Shown here one piece after another: positions 37,692 through 50,069 of a stretch of 64,000 nt of DNA. Position 1 is the first letter of the stretch. Each line of letters opens with the position of its first letter. This DNA is from Chiloscyllium plagiosum (taxonomy: Eukaryota). Where the stretch lies: contig NC_057748.1 of NCBI RefSeq assembly GCF_004010195.1, positions 1,943,246 to 2,007,245 on the forward strand, read 5' to 3'. A program made the translations under genes and the position numbers. The notes below the pieces were generated by a model, which was given only the letters and a program-made list of their open reading frames with translations, made no database searches and was not told the origin of the DNA.

Positions 37692-39324
37692 CAAGGTGGA
37701 GAGATAAAGTTGAAGTATGTGACCGGCCATGTTTAACAGAAGGATGGAACAGAGTCAATGACTGTGCGATCATCTCCCTGCTCCTGGCTCAGGGGGCACT
37801 GCCTACCATGTTCTTACCATGAACTATGCTTCCTGTTTGATTGCCATCTTGTACATGGTCTCAGGGAGTCCATCTACAGCGAGACTCCAACTTCTAAGGA
37901 AAGTCTGGTGCCTGTTGTCCTCACCTGACAATGGGCCATGGGGAACGTATAGAGGCCAAAGGCTGAAATTTTCCATTTTGATACCAAAGTGTGGCTTTTA
38001 GCATCTGAATTGGGGTCATATCCACCAACGCCCAGAGTGAGTAGGTTCATTCCATTCACGTGTTGCTCAGCTCATTAGCTATGCAAGTGGGATGTTGCTC
38101 AGTTTTTGACAAATCATAGGTTGTGAGTGACAGGAGGGTCTCCCCATTGTGGGAAGGTCCTGGGTCAAAGGTTTTGTCACCGAGGTTAAAGACGAGCTGG
38201 ATGGCTCTGCAGGCCAGGAATTACAAAGGAGTCCATGGTGCCCACCAAAATACCAACCCATGAAGTCCAGGCTAGCTCCCGGGTTCACTGACACTGCTCT
38301 CTGGATGCAGTCACTGAGAGGGCGTCCATCCTGTTCCTTGGAGATGACACCAAGAGGTCTCACATCACACCCGTCCAGGCCGCAAGCAGATGGCAGAGTG
38401 GGTCAGTGCTGCCAATCCACATAAAAGTGGAGCAAGCTTTGTTTTATTCACCTGCGGGAATGGGCGTCGCTGACTGGGCCAGTATTTACTGCCCGTCCCT
38501 AGTTTCCTGATGAGAAGGCAGGGGTGAGCTACTTTCTTAAACCAATGCAGTCCACGTACTGTAGGTAGACCCAAAATGCCCTTAGGGAGGGTATTTCCTC
38601 CCTAAGGTGCCTCAAGAAGATGAATGGCCTCCTGAACCCTGCAAGGGGATGTGGCATCTTCTTCATACTCATAGGCATCACTCAGTCCCAACTCTGCCAC
38701 TGTGCAGGTATCTCAGAAACAGCCAAGGCCTGCAGTCCTCAGTTTCACACACATGTCGAACATTCGGGGCTCACAGCCATTTCATTCCACTCAAAGGGCT
38801 AAGCCTCACTGTCAACTGTACTTCCTACACCCTCAGAGGGGATGCCTCACCATCCCACTCAGTTATGTAAGCTCCCAGAGTTCTCCAGCATCAACATCAC
38901 CCACAATCCTCCTCTTTCTCTCATCTCAGGAGAAACCAATGCTCAGTGATGTTGAGAAGGCCAAGTCTGGGAGGGGGTGTGATGGCTGCTTTGGGACTAG
39001 GAGAGTCTTATATCCTTTGAGGACATCAAGCTGGGAGAGGGACTGAAGACTGGTGCAGGAATTGGTTAGCAATCTGTCCTTCTTGGTTGAGCACAAAGGC
39101 AAACATGTTGTTCTGCATCCAACTCTTCGAAATCGTCACTGATTCACAGAGGTGAAGAACGGTCTGTGAAACCAAAGGCACATGCAGGCCTCAGCCTGAG
39201 CTCCTGGGTGCCAGAACCCACTCAAGGGAGGAGGCCTGTCAGAGCTTGCAGGCGCGAGGTATTCACTTTGGCCAGAATGGAGACTGTCACATCAGCCGTG
39301 GGGGTTAGGGAGGGAATTGAACTC

Positions 39325-39705
39325 GAACCCTAATCCTCACCACTACTCTAACCATCACCCTGACCCTAACCCAACTCTATTCCTAACTCTAATCCTAACG
39401 CAACTCTAGCCCTAATCCTCACCTTAATCCTAACTCGAATCCTAACTCTAACCCTAACAATCACCTAACCTTCACCCTAACCCTAATCCTAAGCCTAACT
39501 TTAACTCAACCCTAACTCTAACCCTTACCCTGACTCTCACCCACAGCCTAAACCTAAACCTAATTCTAACCCACATTCTCACCCTATCCCTAAAACTAAT
39601 CCTCACCTAACCCTACCCTGACCCTAAACCCTAATCCTAACCCTAACTCTAACCTTGACCCTAAACCCTAACACTGACCCTGAACCCTAATCCTAACCCT
39701 GATCC
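39325..39705. repeat. Degenerate telomere-like (CCCTAA)n array
   Basis: Hexamer periodicity with CCCTAA/TCCTAA/CTCTAA/CCCTGA variants. Confidence 0.85.
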
Positions 39706-40894
39706 TATGGTAGATACTTGGATATAGATTGGATTTGGGCCACAATTTGAGGAGCATGTCACTGACACGTGTCTGCTCCAGGATGAAACACCAAAGATCT
39801 CTGACCCTCAGGGGTTTGCCAGAGACCAGCTCAGGCCCATTGCAGAAGTGTGGCTCCATCCTCAGCTGTCAGCAATGTAGTGAAGCTGCGGAGACAAGTG
39901 CAGCAACATCAGACATTCAGTAACCTGGACTGAAAGATGGAGTTCTCCCTCCTGTGGTGGCTCCAATGTGCTGCTTCCATGGAGAGGGGCAGTGGCTTCC
40001 TTGGAGACCCAAGTCCAGGAGAACAGTCAGTGGTCACCAGACCGGCCTACACTCTCTCACTGAGCCTCATTGACAAGATGGCACAAGCTGAGGCATCTCT
40101 ATCTCACTCCAGGTGCCCCTACTTCTGAGAAAGACAAGTTGCCGTTGGCGAGGAAGAGCCTTTTCCCAGGTCACTCCAGAAGACCCCTGTCCTTCTGGTT
40201 TCCGCTGCCATTGTCTCCAGCAGCTGAGGCCGAGAATGCACCTGAACCTGTACTGGAGACCGTCAGCTGGATGGACCACCCCTTCCCTCCCAACAGGAGA
40301 TGCAGTCCCAAGGGTGAACAGTCAGCAGACTTCCTCCACTGCAGCCACTGATATTGAATTGAATTGAATGAGCTTTATTGTCAGAGTTAGCTTTATTATC
40401 AGGCCTGCACCTATACACAACAGGAGGAAAAGGGGGGAGAAACACTCCTGAGGACATATTGGTGACAGGAGTGTTCAATTATTGTTCAATTTGCAAATAC
40501 ACATCCCATTGACCTGTCCTAATGTCTGTTGTAGTCTTCTTATCAAAGTAGGACAGGAGGAGATCCTGCAAAGTGAAAGTTTTGGAGGATTCTCAACCAA
40601 TCAAGGCATGCAAGGCATTTCAATCTCACACTGTGAAACCTCTCCCATAAGCAGCAGAGTGGGTGACCAGAGATGGCTTCACTGTCAGGGAGACACACAT
40701 TGAGATGTTGCGATCATACTCAAGGCACAACAGCTGAATCTCGGGGAGACTGATGGCTAAGGATGCCATCGACAGACTCTAGTAAACCCCTGCATTATAT
40801 ATGAAGACTTGGCATCACTATTTTCTACAGCCATGCCTCACCCAGACTCGAGGCCAAAGAGCAATGTTGACTGGTACACACTTGGTTAATGCAA

Positions 40895-41094
40895 AGTTAA
40901 AAATCACTCAACACCAGGTTACAGTCCAACAGGTGTATTTGGAATCACTTGCTTTCAGAGCGCAGCTTCGAACCACCTGGTGAAGGAGCAATGCTCCAAA
41001 AGCTAGTGCTTCCAAATAAACCTGTTGGACAATAACCTGGTGTTGTGTGATTTTTAATTTTGTACACCTCATTCCAACACCAGCTCCTCCAAAT
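40895..41094. mobile_element. Fold-back element, same family as 37489-37691
   Basis: Inverted arms ACACCAGGTTA.AGTCCAACAGGT / ACCTGTTGGAC.ATAACCTGGTGT; TSD CTTGGTTAATGCAA at 40881 and 41095. Confidence 0.8.
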
Positions 41095-41719
41095 CTTGGT
41101 TAATGCAATGAGTGTCTGATGCATCCTGTATCTCAATTGGGAAGGGTTTACTTGAGAAGGGAATTCCAGTGGGAGGGATAAATAATGAGATATTAATTCA
41201 TGTGTATAGGCATCCCGTCACTTGATGGTGAGGAAGTCACCTGGCCCTCCAATGAGGGAGACTTAACCTCAGTGGACACACATCAAGAACCACCATGTGT
41301 TGAGGCTTTACCTGTCCCCAGTGTTGCCAAGGTGGCTCTGGCCTCGTTACCTTGAAATTCTCCAAGTAGACAGGCCATTGAACCTTGTGGAAACCTCGTG
41401 CAGAAAAACACCTTTGAGCACAAGTCCATCAGGCAACGGTCAGCACTTACCATCCTCCAGGCCCTGCTGGGAAAGGAGAACATCGTTCTGACCGGATGGT
41501 TCCCTGAGCAGACTATCACAGTCATCTTACAGAGCTTTCCAGCAAGGACCAAGATGTGGCTTGGGTGGCAGCAAGAAAGGCCTTTCCCATTAGATCCTTC
41601 TTACCCTCTGGGGGACTCACCACCACCCCATGTTGCCCTTGAGGACGGCTGTGTTGGGGAAGACACTGTTGTGCATCTCCTCGCACAATGGGCTTTTGCA
41701 AGGAAGATCTGGAGAGAGA

Positions 41720-42061
41720 TTAGATTAGATTAGATTACTTACAGTGAGGAAACAGGCCTTTCGGCCCAACAAGTCCACACCGAACCGCAACACACCCAGA
41801 CCCATTCCCTATATTTTACCCCTTCACCTAATACTATGGGCAATTTAGCATGGCTAATTCACCTCACCTGCACATCTTTGGACTGTGGGAGGAAACCGGA
41901 GCACCCGGAGGAAACCCACGCAGACACGGGGAGAACGTGCAAACTCCACACAGTCGGTCACCTGAGGCGGGAATTGAACACGGGTCTCTGGCGCTGTGAG
42001 GTAACAGTACTAACCACTGTGCCACCGTGCTGCCCATTACCACTGTGCCACCATGCTGCCC
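41720..42061 (-). mobile_element. HE1-like SINE inserted in an L1/Tx1-like remnant; 5' end locally duplicated
   Basis: (TAGAT)n tail at 41720; CCACTGTGCCACC.TGCTGCCC occurs twice (~42015 and ~42040). Confidence 0.85.
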
Positions 42062-43269
42062 ATGATGCCATGGTTTTTATGAAAGTTCACCCTGAACCGC
42101 TCAGTGACACTGTGCTCCATGAGCTGTGCCTTGGGACAGACATCAACTGCACCTGGAGGACCATCCACTCCGGGGATGATGCTCTTTGTCTGCTTACAAC
42201 ATAATGGTCCTCCAGAGCCAGAAGTTATGCTCGACCAAGTATGACACGGGAAGGTTCTAAGGCCCAATGGGGAAAGGTTGCAGTCTAAGGTCTTTCACGC
42301 ATTGTACAGAGAGAAACTGTAGAACCGAGCAGGCCACATGCCTTACAAAGAATGTACATTGGGATTACGAGGACAGGAAACATATTCTACACAGATCTTT
42401 TTTTATGTCTACTTTACTTTCAGTAAATTTCAATTTTGAAATCTTTTGCCTTCAGGCTGTAAACCTGAAATGGAATGGACTTTGTAAATATTAAGTCTAT
42501 TATGAATTGAATTTATTTCACCATTCTGTTACGTTTGTCCAAATTTTACTGTAATTTTGTTAACAAATTTTATGAACAGAGTATATTTTTCAAAAAGAAA
42601 GAGCTGCCTAAGCTGAGATAGATTTTAAGGTTTCCCCAGTGCTTCCAGCTTTGTGAGTTAACAGTTTGGGGTTGGGTAAAATTTGGTTTAGCTGAAATGC
42701 AGGGTGAGCAGATTTTCAAAAACAAACTGGGAACAGACTGGAAAGGCAGGAAATGGGAAAGCAGGGGCTCTATGGTGATTGACATGTACAAGTAGCCAAT
42801 GGAGAAATCTGAGGGAGGGTTAGTTGAGATTATGAATTCATGTGATGATATCTGCCAGAATGCTCAAGCCAAAGATAGCCATGCTGCCCAAATCAATTTT
42901 TAAATGGTGTCATCAGCAATGGAGCTAAAAAGGTTCTGGTGATTTTCTTGGAGAAATCAAGGGAATGGATTATCAGATCAGCTGCCTACAACATAATGTG
43001 ATAGATACAGGAGGAAAAATAACAGTTCACACAACTTTCTCCACCTTGACCCATTTTGACAAAAAAGGAAATGGTGAAAATCAGGACATTACAGATAATT
43101 TTAGGAAATTATTAGGACACCAGTATATTTAATGAAAATGTATCCTGGTAAAACTGGCGTCGCTGATCACCCTATTAAAATGGTTTATGTAGTACTCTCC
43201 AGTCTGAAGTATGAATCTGGATTAGCTGTGCCAGTTCATGATACTGTGGATACCACTTTTGCCTCAAGA

Positions 43270-43650
43270 TACCAGGTTTGTGCCATTTCCAGGGTGTGAG
43301 CATAAAACTCAAGGCTGACACTCCAGTGCAGTACAGAGTGGCTGTTGACCTGCCAGAGGTGCTGACTTTCAGATAGGGCATTTAGGCTGAGGCATGCTGA
43401 CTTGGCTAGATGTAAAATGCCCATGGGCACTATTTTGAAGAAGAGTTGAGGAGTTATCCCCTGAGTCTTGGTTAATATTTATCTCTCAACCAACCAGCAG
43501 ATTATGTGATCATGCTCACTTTTTGTGGGATCATGCTGTGTACAAATTGGCATCTGTGTTCCCCACGTTATGACAATGACTACACTTCAAAAGTATTTAA
43601 CTGGCCATGAAGTGTTTTAAAGTTGTTGGTGGTTGTGAAAGGTGTTACAT
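43270..43650 (+). mobile_element. Deu-domain SINE ~400 bp upstream of the RPL3 TATA box
   Basis: GATGTAAAATGCCCATGGGCACTATTTTGAAGAAGAG...AATATTTATCTCTCAACCAAC resembles the Deu core as recalled. Confidence 0.65.
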
Positions 43651-44024
43651 AAATATATTTATGTTATGTATCATTGTAGTATTGCTTTATATAAATGGAT
43701 TTTTTGAGAAGGTGGGTGCTAAGAGGAAATGTACCCCTGAAGAGAAACAAAGTTGACAAAACAGCAATGTTAATTTAATCTGAAGGGTAAAGAACCATCT
43801 TTGCAAAACTAAATAGAAAAATAGTAAGACTTAAAAATAAGGCTTTGGTAAATAAAGTGTTAAAGGAAGTGACATAGTATTTAATTGTTGAACTGGAGAA
43901 TAAGTCAACAAAGAAAAATCGAAAAGTCGCATTTTTAAATGCATACAAAATAATTGTAAATTAAAGATAGCAATTTGTATTTTGCAATTAATTATAAAAA
44001 AGTAAAAGAGGATTGTCGTGGGCA

Positions 44025-44292
44025 GGAAGTGATGTGGAACCAGGGTATAAAAGGGAAGGCAGCAGTCTGATGCCCTCTTTCAGGTCACTTTGAGAAATGG
44101 TGAGTTTGTTGTTTTAATCTGGTCAATATCATAGCCATCCGAGCGCGTAGAGACTTAATGCAAACAAATACATGTAGAGATCATTTTTAACAACACAGCC
44201 GCTACTGTATTGATCGAATATTTTGAGGATGATGTTGAGGAAAGTGGTTAATCACGTTTTTATTCCTCTCCGATTGCCCATAAAATGGCGGC
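44025..44292 (+). promoter_or_regulatory. RPL3 promoter: ETS/GABP-type site, TATA box, polypyrimidine (TCT/5'TOP) initiator, downstream YY1 site
   Basis: GGAAGTG 44025-44031; TATAAAA 44046-44052; CCCTCTTTC 44073-44081 about 30 nt after TATA; AAAATGGCGGC 44282-44292 in intron 1. This is the classic ribosomal-protein promoter layout. Confidence 0.85.
44097..44099 (+). CDS. RPL3: RPL3 exon 1 coding part (ATG only)
   Basis: ATG directly followed by GTGAGT donor, just downstream of the TOP initiator. Confidence 0.9.
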
Positions 44293-44812
44293 GGCTGACT
44301 GTGGTTCTGGGGATGCAATCCGAGTTCAATCTGAGCGATCCTGCTGCCACAAGCCGCGATCACTGAATATATCGCTGTTTGTTCGGATAGTTTCAAGTTT
44401 GCGCGGTTATTTCCTAATTTTGTATTTTGATCAGATGCTCCCGATGGCGTTAGGATGGTGCGCTTAACCTGGCGACCACCAAATGGAGTCCTAGCTGCCA
44501 GAGCAATGGGTCAAACGCTGATCAAGGCGTGAATCCAAGGATACATACTCATTACAGGAGTACTATACTTCTAATGTTCATAATCCTAATTGTAGTCTAG
44601 TTTTGTAGCAGTATAGAAATTAAATGTGGAGGGTGATTGATGATTGATTAATAAAGGTCATTGCAATGTTGCATAAAGATTTGTCTCTGTTGTAGTGTCC
44701 TTTTCTTTTGTCTATAGAGCTGTTTCTGAGGAATGATCCTCTAGAAACAGGTTCCTCTTTTATCTTCAAGTTTGCAACCCCAGTTTGATCTGGGATGAAC
44801 CTCCCGTTCTGA

Positions 44813-45100
<288 letters not shown>

Positions 45101-45269
45101 TGATCGTTGAACTTTAGATCTGTACACGTCACACTCCTTGGAGTATGTGGTGCTAATTCCCGAAGCTATTATAGGCCAAGTTGGAGTTTGTGCAGTGAAG
45201 TTGTAGAATGTCAGTTTTGTACATTTTGAGTTTGCGATTAAACCGCTGCCCCCCTCCCCAAAGAGTATC

Positions 45270-45533
45270 ACACACCTCGAACCAACACCTGTAACCCCAT
45301 ATTTACTGTTAGGTCATCCACCTAGCATGTACGTCACTGAACACCATGGGCAGCGTAGCCTGGCAAATTCACCCTAACCTGCACATCTTTGGACTGTGGG
45401 AGGAAACGGGAGCACCTGGAGGAAACCCCACACAGACACTGGGAGAACGTGCAAACTCCACACAGACCCAAGGCTGGAATTGAATCGGGTCCCTGGTGCT
45501 ATGAGGCAACAGTGCAAACATTGAGCTACCATG
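45270..45533 (-). mobile_element. HE1-like SINE in RPL3 intron 2
   Basis: V-domain CCTGCACATCTTTGGACTGTGGGAGGAAAC on the plus strand. Confidence 0.8.
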
Positions 45534-46085
45534 CTTAATTTTTGTAAAGTTTCCCTTCTGGAACTGGTCCTCAAAAATGGACAGTAGCTGTTTGAAGGGT
45601 AGGTTAGCCTCCAGTGTCGCCTGGACGCACTGTGTTTGGCAGGAGCGTGAGAAAGAGGAGCATGTTGTTTGAGCCTCTTGCACCTGGTCTGCCATTCAGT
45701 GATTGTGGTCATAGCTACTCTTTTTGTCTGGCTGCCATAGCCTTCAATGCCCTTCTAATCAAAAATCTGCATATGGAGCTAAGCTGAGTAACGTTTGCAG
45801 GTAACTAGCTTTGCTTGAATTACAACTAACTAAAGCTTATGCCTTAAGTCTTGGCCGCACATTTGTTCAGACATTTTTATGAAAATCCATGATCTGAAAA
45901 GTTGTGAATTTCTTGTTTTTTTTTAATTGGTGTGTGTCCCCTGTGTCTCTCTTGAGCAGAATACCTGCAAGGCTTGCAGTTAGAGATACAAAACTATCTA
46001 ATGATGAAATGTGGTGCTCAGTTTTTGGGAGAAGCATGTGATGTTTCATAGCTCCAGCTTTATCCTTCTGCTAGCATGCAGAGTA

Positions 46086-46157
46086 ACTACACATGATGAT
46101 AAACTCGACGGGCGGTCATAATTTAACTTGCTGAATGTCGAGTAAGCTGACTGTAGT
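46086..46157 (+). ncRNA. SNORD43: Box C/D snoRNA, SNORD43 (U43) homologue, in RPL3 intron 2
   Basis: Terminal stem ACTACA/TGTAGT; box C ATGATGA 46093-46099; box D CTGA 46147-46150; guide CGACGGGCGGT is complementary to the conserved 18S ACCGCCCGUCG (human Cm1703 site). Confidence 0.88.
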
Positions 46158-46454
46158 GCAATTAAAAACTAGATACTTTGTCAAGATAATTGTTTCTCAA
46201 ATGATGTACTCAAACTAGCTTGCTAATTGCTTTTGTCCCCGCACCAAAACATGAAGCTGTGCAAATTGAAAGTCTCCCTATGGGTAGGCTTGGTCAATCT
46301 GTTCACATTTTAACCAACTCAGGTACCTAGTTAAACCAGCCATGCTGTGCTAATTGCATTATATTAAAGCAAACTGCTGGCACTACTCTGCTCTGACAGA
46401 ATTTGTCAAGAAATTCTTGATCTGTTTAGTCGTTTTTTGTCAGAACATTAATAA

Positions 46455-46643
<189 letters not shown>

Positions 46644-46724
46644 TAAATATGTCACACAATTCCTGAATCTTAAACCATTCATAAATATGATGCGGAAAGG
46701 TGTTAATCTGGATTGAATTGTCAG

Positions 46725-46895
46725 CGGCTCCGCTCGACTATGGCAACATGGGTCGATGAGCTCCAGGCTCTGATTGTTGGAGGAAAATGTCCTTTGATCC
46801 CAACAATGAGCCAACCTGCTTGGTGCTGATTCCTTCCGCTCACAATGTGTGATGAAGGGTTGCGCCAAATATTCTCTTGTCTCTCTATATAAAAG
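46725..46895 (+). other. Candidate alternative 3' splice-site (poison) extension of RPL3 exon 4 with in-frame PTC
   Basis: TGTCAG|CGGCTCC acceptor at 46724/46725 adds 171 nt in frame with TGA at 46771-46773; mammalian RPL3 is known to use partial intron-3 retention coupled to NMD. Confidence 0.6.
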
Positions 46896-47031
46896 GTACA
46901 AATCCAAGAAGAAGGCTTTCACCAAGTACTGCAAGAAATGGCAGGATGATGATGGCAAGAAGCAACTGGAGAAGGACTTCAACAGCATGAAGAAATACTG
47001 CCAGGTTATTCGCATCATTGCTCACACACAG
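46896..47031 (+). CDS. RPL3: RPL3 exon 4 ([15 protein letters not shown]...IIAHTQ)
   Basis: AAG acceptor, GTAGGC donor, 136 nt. Confidence 0.96.
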
Positions 47032-47222
47032 GTAGGCACCAGAGCTGAATGAATTTGAGAAAAGGTTTGGGTACAGAAGCTTGTATTTGCATAGGGTTTC
47101 TGGCTTGCTACCTTTTCTCTTTGCCACTAAATTACATTTGGGATACTCAAACGTGTTTTACAAGTTCTCGATAGTAAGACCACTTTTTTTTTTTGGAATC
47201 CCCATGTCATATCTTTTGGGGA

Positions 47223-47402
47223 GAAAGTGAGGAATGCAGATGCTGGAGATCAAAGTTGAAACTTTATTGCTGGAACAGCACAGCAGGTCAGGCAGCATCC
47301 AGGGAACAGGAGATTCGACGTTTCGGGCACAGGCCCTTCTTCAGGAATGAGAACTTTCAACTTTGATCTCCAGCATCTGCAGACCTCACTTTCTCCTCGA
47401 AG
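47223..47402 (-). mobile_element. Fold-back Neptune-type terminal repeat with intact-looking hammerhead, RPL3 intron 4
   Basis: Minus strand CCTGAAGAAGGGCCTGTGCCCGAAACGTCG; inverted arms TGCAGATGCTGGAGATCAAAGTTGAAA / TTTCAACTTTGATCTCCAGCATCTGCA; perfect TSD ATATCTTTTGGGGA at 47209 and 47403. Confidence 0.82.
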
Positions 47403-47743
47403 ATATCTTTTGGGGACCCAAGCCAAGACCATTGGATTCATGTCAGGTTTACTGAATGGTGCGGAGTTCTGCTTCAATCCTCTAATTCTGGATGGCTTGC
47501 ATATAGAACATTACAGCGCAGTTCAGGTCCATCGGCCCTTGATGGTTCCACAGGTCAGCAACAATCTGAAGTCCATCTAACCTACATTATTCCATTCTCA
47601 TCCAAATGCCTATCCAATGATCATTTAAATGCCCTTAAAATTGGCACGTCTACTGCTGTTGCAGGCAGTGCGTTCCACACCCCTTCTGAGCAAAGACACT
47701 ACCTGACATCTGTCCTATACCTATCACCCCTCAATTTAAAGCT

Positions 47744-48830
47744 AACACATTCCACCCTGACCTTAAATTTACCTGGACCATCTCTGACACCTCCCTCCAT
47801 CCCAGACCTCTCCATCTCCAGTAATGATGACCAACTTGATACTGACGCTTTTTACAAACCCACTGACTCCCACAGCTACCTGGATCACACCTCTTCCCAC
47901 CCCACCTCCTGCAAAAATGCCATTCTGTATTCCCAATGCCTCTGCTGTATCTGCTCCCAGGAAGACCAGTTCCACCACAGAACACACCAGATGGCCTCCT
48001 TCTTTAGAGACTACAATTTCCCTTCCCATGTGGTTAAAGATGCCCTCCAACGCATCTCGTCTACATCCTGCCCCTCCAACCGTAACAAGGACAGAACGCC
48101 CCTGGTGCTCACCTTCCACCCAAATTCACAAACCAAATCATCCGCCGACATTTCTGCCACCTCCAAACGGACCCCACCACCAGGGATATATTTCCCTCCC
48201 CACCCCTTTCCNNNNNNNNNNNNNNNNNNNNNNNNNNNNNNNNNNNNNNNNNNNNNNNNNNNNNNNNNNNNNNNNNNNNNNNNNNNNNNNNNNNNNNNNN
48301 NNNNNNNNNNNNNNNNNNNNNNNNNNNNNNNNNNNNNNNNNNNNNNNNNNNNNNNNNNNNNNNNNNNNNNNNNNNNNNNNNNNNNNNNNNNNNNNNNNNN
48401 NNNNNNNNNNNNNNNNNNNNNNNNNNNNNNNNNNNNNNNNNNNNNNNNNNNNNNNNNNNNNNNNNNNNNNNNNNNNNNNNNNNNNNNNNNNNNNNNNNNN
48501 NNNNNNNNNNNNNNNNNNNNNNNNNNNNNNNNNNNNNNNNNNNNNNNNNNNNNNNNNNNNNNNNNNNNNNNNNNNNNNNNNNNNNNNNNNNNNNNNNNNN
48601 NNNNNNNNNNNNNNNNNNNNNNNNNNNNNNNNNNNNNNNNNNNNNNNNNNNNNNNNNNNNNNNNNNNNNNNNNNNNNNNNNNNNNNNTTCACCTGTTGTA
48701 CTCTTTACTTTCTCCCCACCCCCACCCTTCAGACTCTCTGCCTGTATTCCTGATGAAGGGTTTTTGCCCGAATCGTCGATTTTACTGTTCCTCGGATGCT
48801 GCCTGAACTGCTGTGCTCTACAGTCATTAC
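47744..48830 (+). mobile_element. Penelope-like element nested in a CR1 remnant, RPL3 intron 4
   Basis: Homologous to 29575-30734 and 16772-17478 (NKDRTPLVLTFHP). Confidence 0.85.
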
Positions 48831-49216
48831 TTTTGCCTCATGGTTCCAAAACTCAATCCCTCTACCAATAAAAGCTAACACACCGTATGCCACCTTAAGA
48901 ACCCTATCAACCAGGGTGGCAACTTTTGAAGGATCTATGATGATAAATGGTTAAGCTGCTTCACAGGAGAATAATCTCCTGTAAATGTACTTGACACCAA
49001 GTCATGGAAATACTAGGATGAATGGAGGTGATTTTTGCCTGAATTTTAGGCAAGCAGAAGGCTTGCTGGTAATTGTGGAGCAACTTGAATTGAATAACGA
49101 AAATACAGTCAAAGATTGAGATGAGGATTGGAGCCTTTGAGTCCTAAAGAGATGCATTCCACTAAAGTTGAATCTTGTTCTAATTTGTTCATTTTGGGAA
49201 TATTTTCTCTCTACAG

Positions 49217-49403
49217 ATGCGCCTGCTTCCCTTGCGTCAGAAGAAGTCCCACATCATGGAGATCCAGTTGAATGGGGGGACCATTGCAGAGAAGGTTGAT
49301 TGGGCAAGAGAGAAACTGGAACAGCAGGTTGCTGTTAATCTGGTGTTTGGTCAGGATGAGATGATCGATGTCATTGGTGTCACCAAAGGCCATGGCTTCA
49401 AAG
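49217..49403 (+). CDS. RPL3: RPL3 exon 5 ([10 protein letters not shown]...GVTKGHGFK)
   Basis: CAG/GTATGG boundaries, 187 nt. Confidence 0.97.
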
Positions 49404-49535
49404 GTATGGAAATTGTGAATTTGCTGATGAGTGCGGTGGGTCTCAAACAATTTGTAAATTTGGATTTTTGTTTATATGCATTGGTAATATTGGACTTGTA
49501 GTACAGCTTTGGTTGACCACAGTCACATGAAGCAT

Positions 49536-49620
49536 CCTGTGATGATTTGACATGGATTATATGTTGGTAACAGCATCTGACTCTGATGAGGAGCCATTCC
49601 ATGCTGCCTTCCTTCTGAGG
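49536..49620 (+). ncRNA. SNORD83: Box C/D snoRNA, SNORD83 (U83) family, in RPL3 intron 5
   Basis: Box C GTGATGA 49539-49545; D' CTGA 49577; C' TGATGA 49584; D CTGA 49615. The 3' part CCATTCC..CTGCCTTCCTTCTGA matches the recalled U83 signature; guide TGCTGCCTTCCTT is complementary to 18S AAGGAAGGCAGCA. Confidence 0.88.
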
Positions 49621-49675
49621 TCGTCTTCATTTCAGGGATTAATGAAGAATTGTCAGCATCTTGGGTGTTCATTAA

Positions 49676-49870
<195 letters not shown>

Positions 49871-50069
49871 TAAAGGTGTGGTCTGAAATGGCTGAGGGTC
49901 TTACCTGAGATGTAAATGTTGCTGCCAAAGTATGAACATAGCTGTCCAGGACTTGACACGGTCACTGTCTGAAAAGTCAGTGGATACACTGTCACACTTC
50001 GGCTACATTGGGTCAGAATGGCAGGTGCCTTTCTCTAAAGGATGCTAGTTGGGCCATCAGTCCAATGGA

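Larger units (their letters stand above)
38600..42600 (+). mobile_element. Highly degenerate L1/Tx1-like retrotransposon remnant carrying nested insertions
   Basis: C-terminal zinc-knuckle remnant (GCVGEDTVVHLLAQWAFARKIW) near 41650-41715; Tx1-like 3' tail TTTTATGAACAGAGTATATTTTT near 42570-42590. The 5' boundary is uncertain. Confidence 0.45.

Noticed and set aside
48937-49043. ATGATGA...CTGA as a snoRNA in RPL3 intron 4
   Set aside because: Box C arises at a CR1 junction; no terminal stem or recognisable guide.
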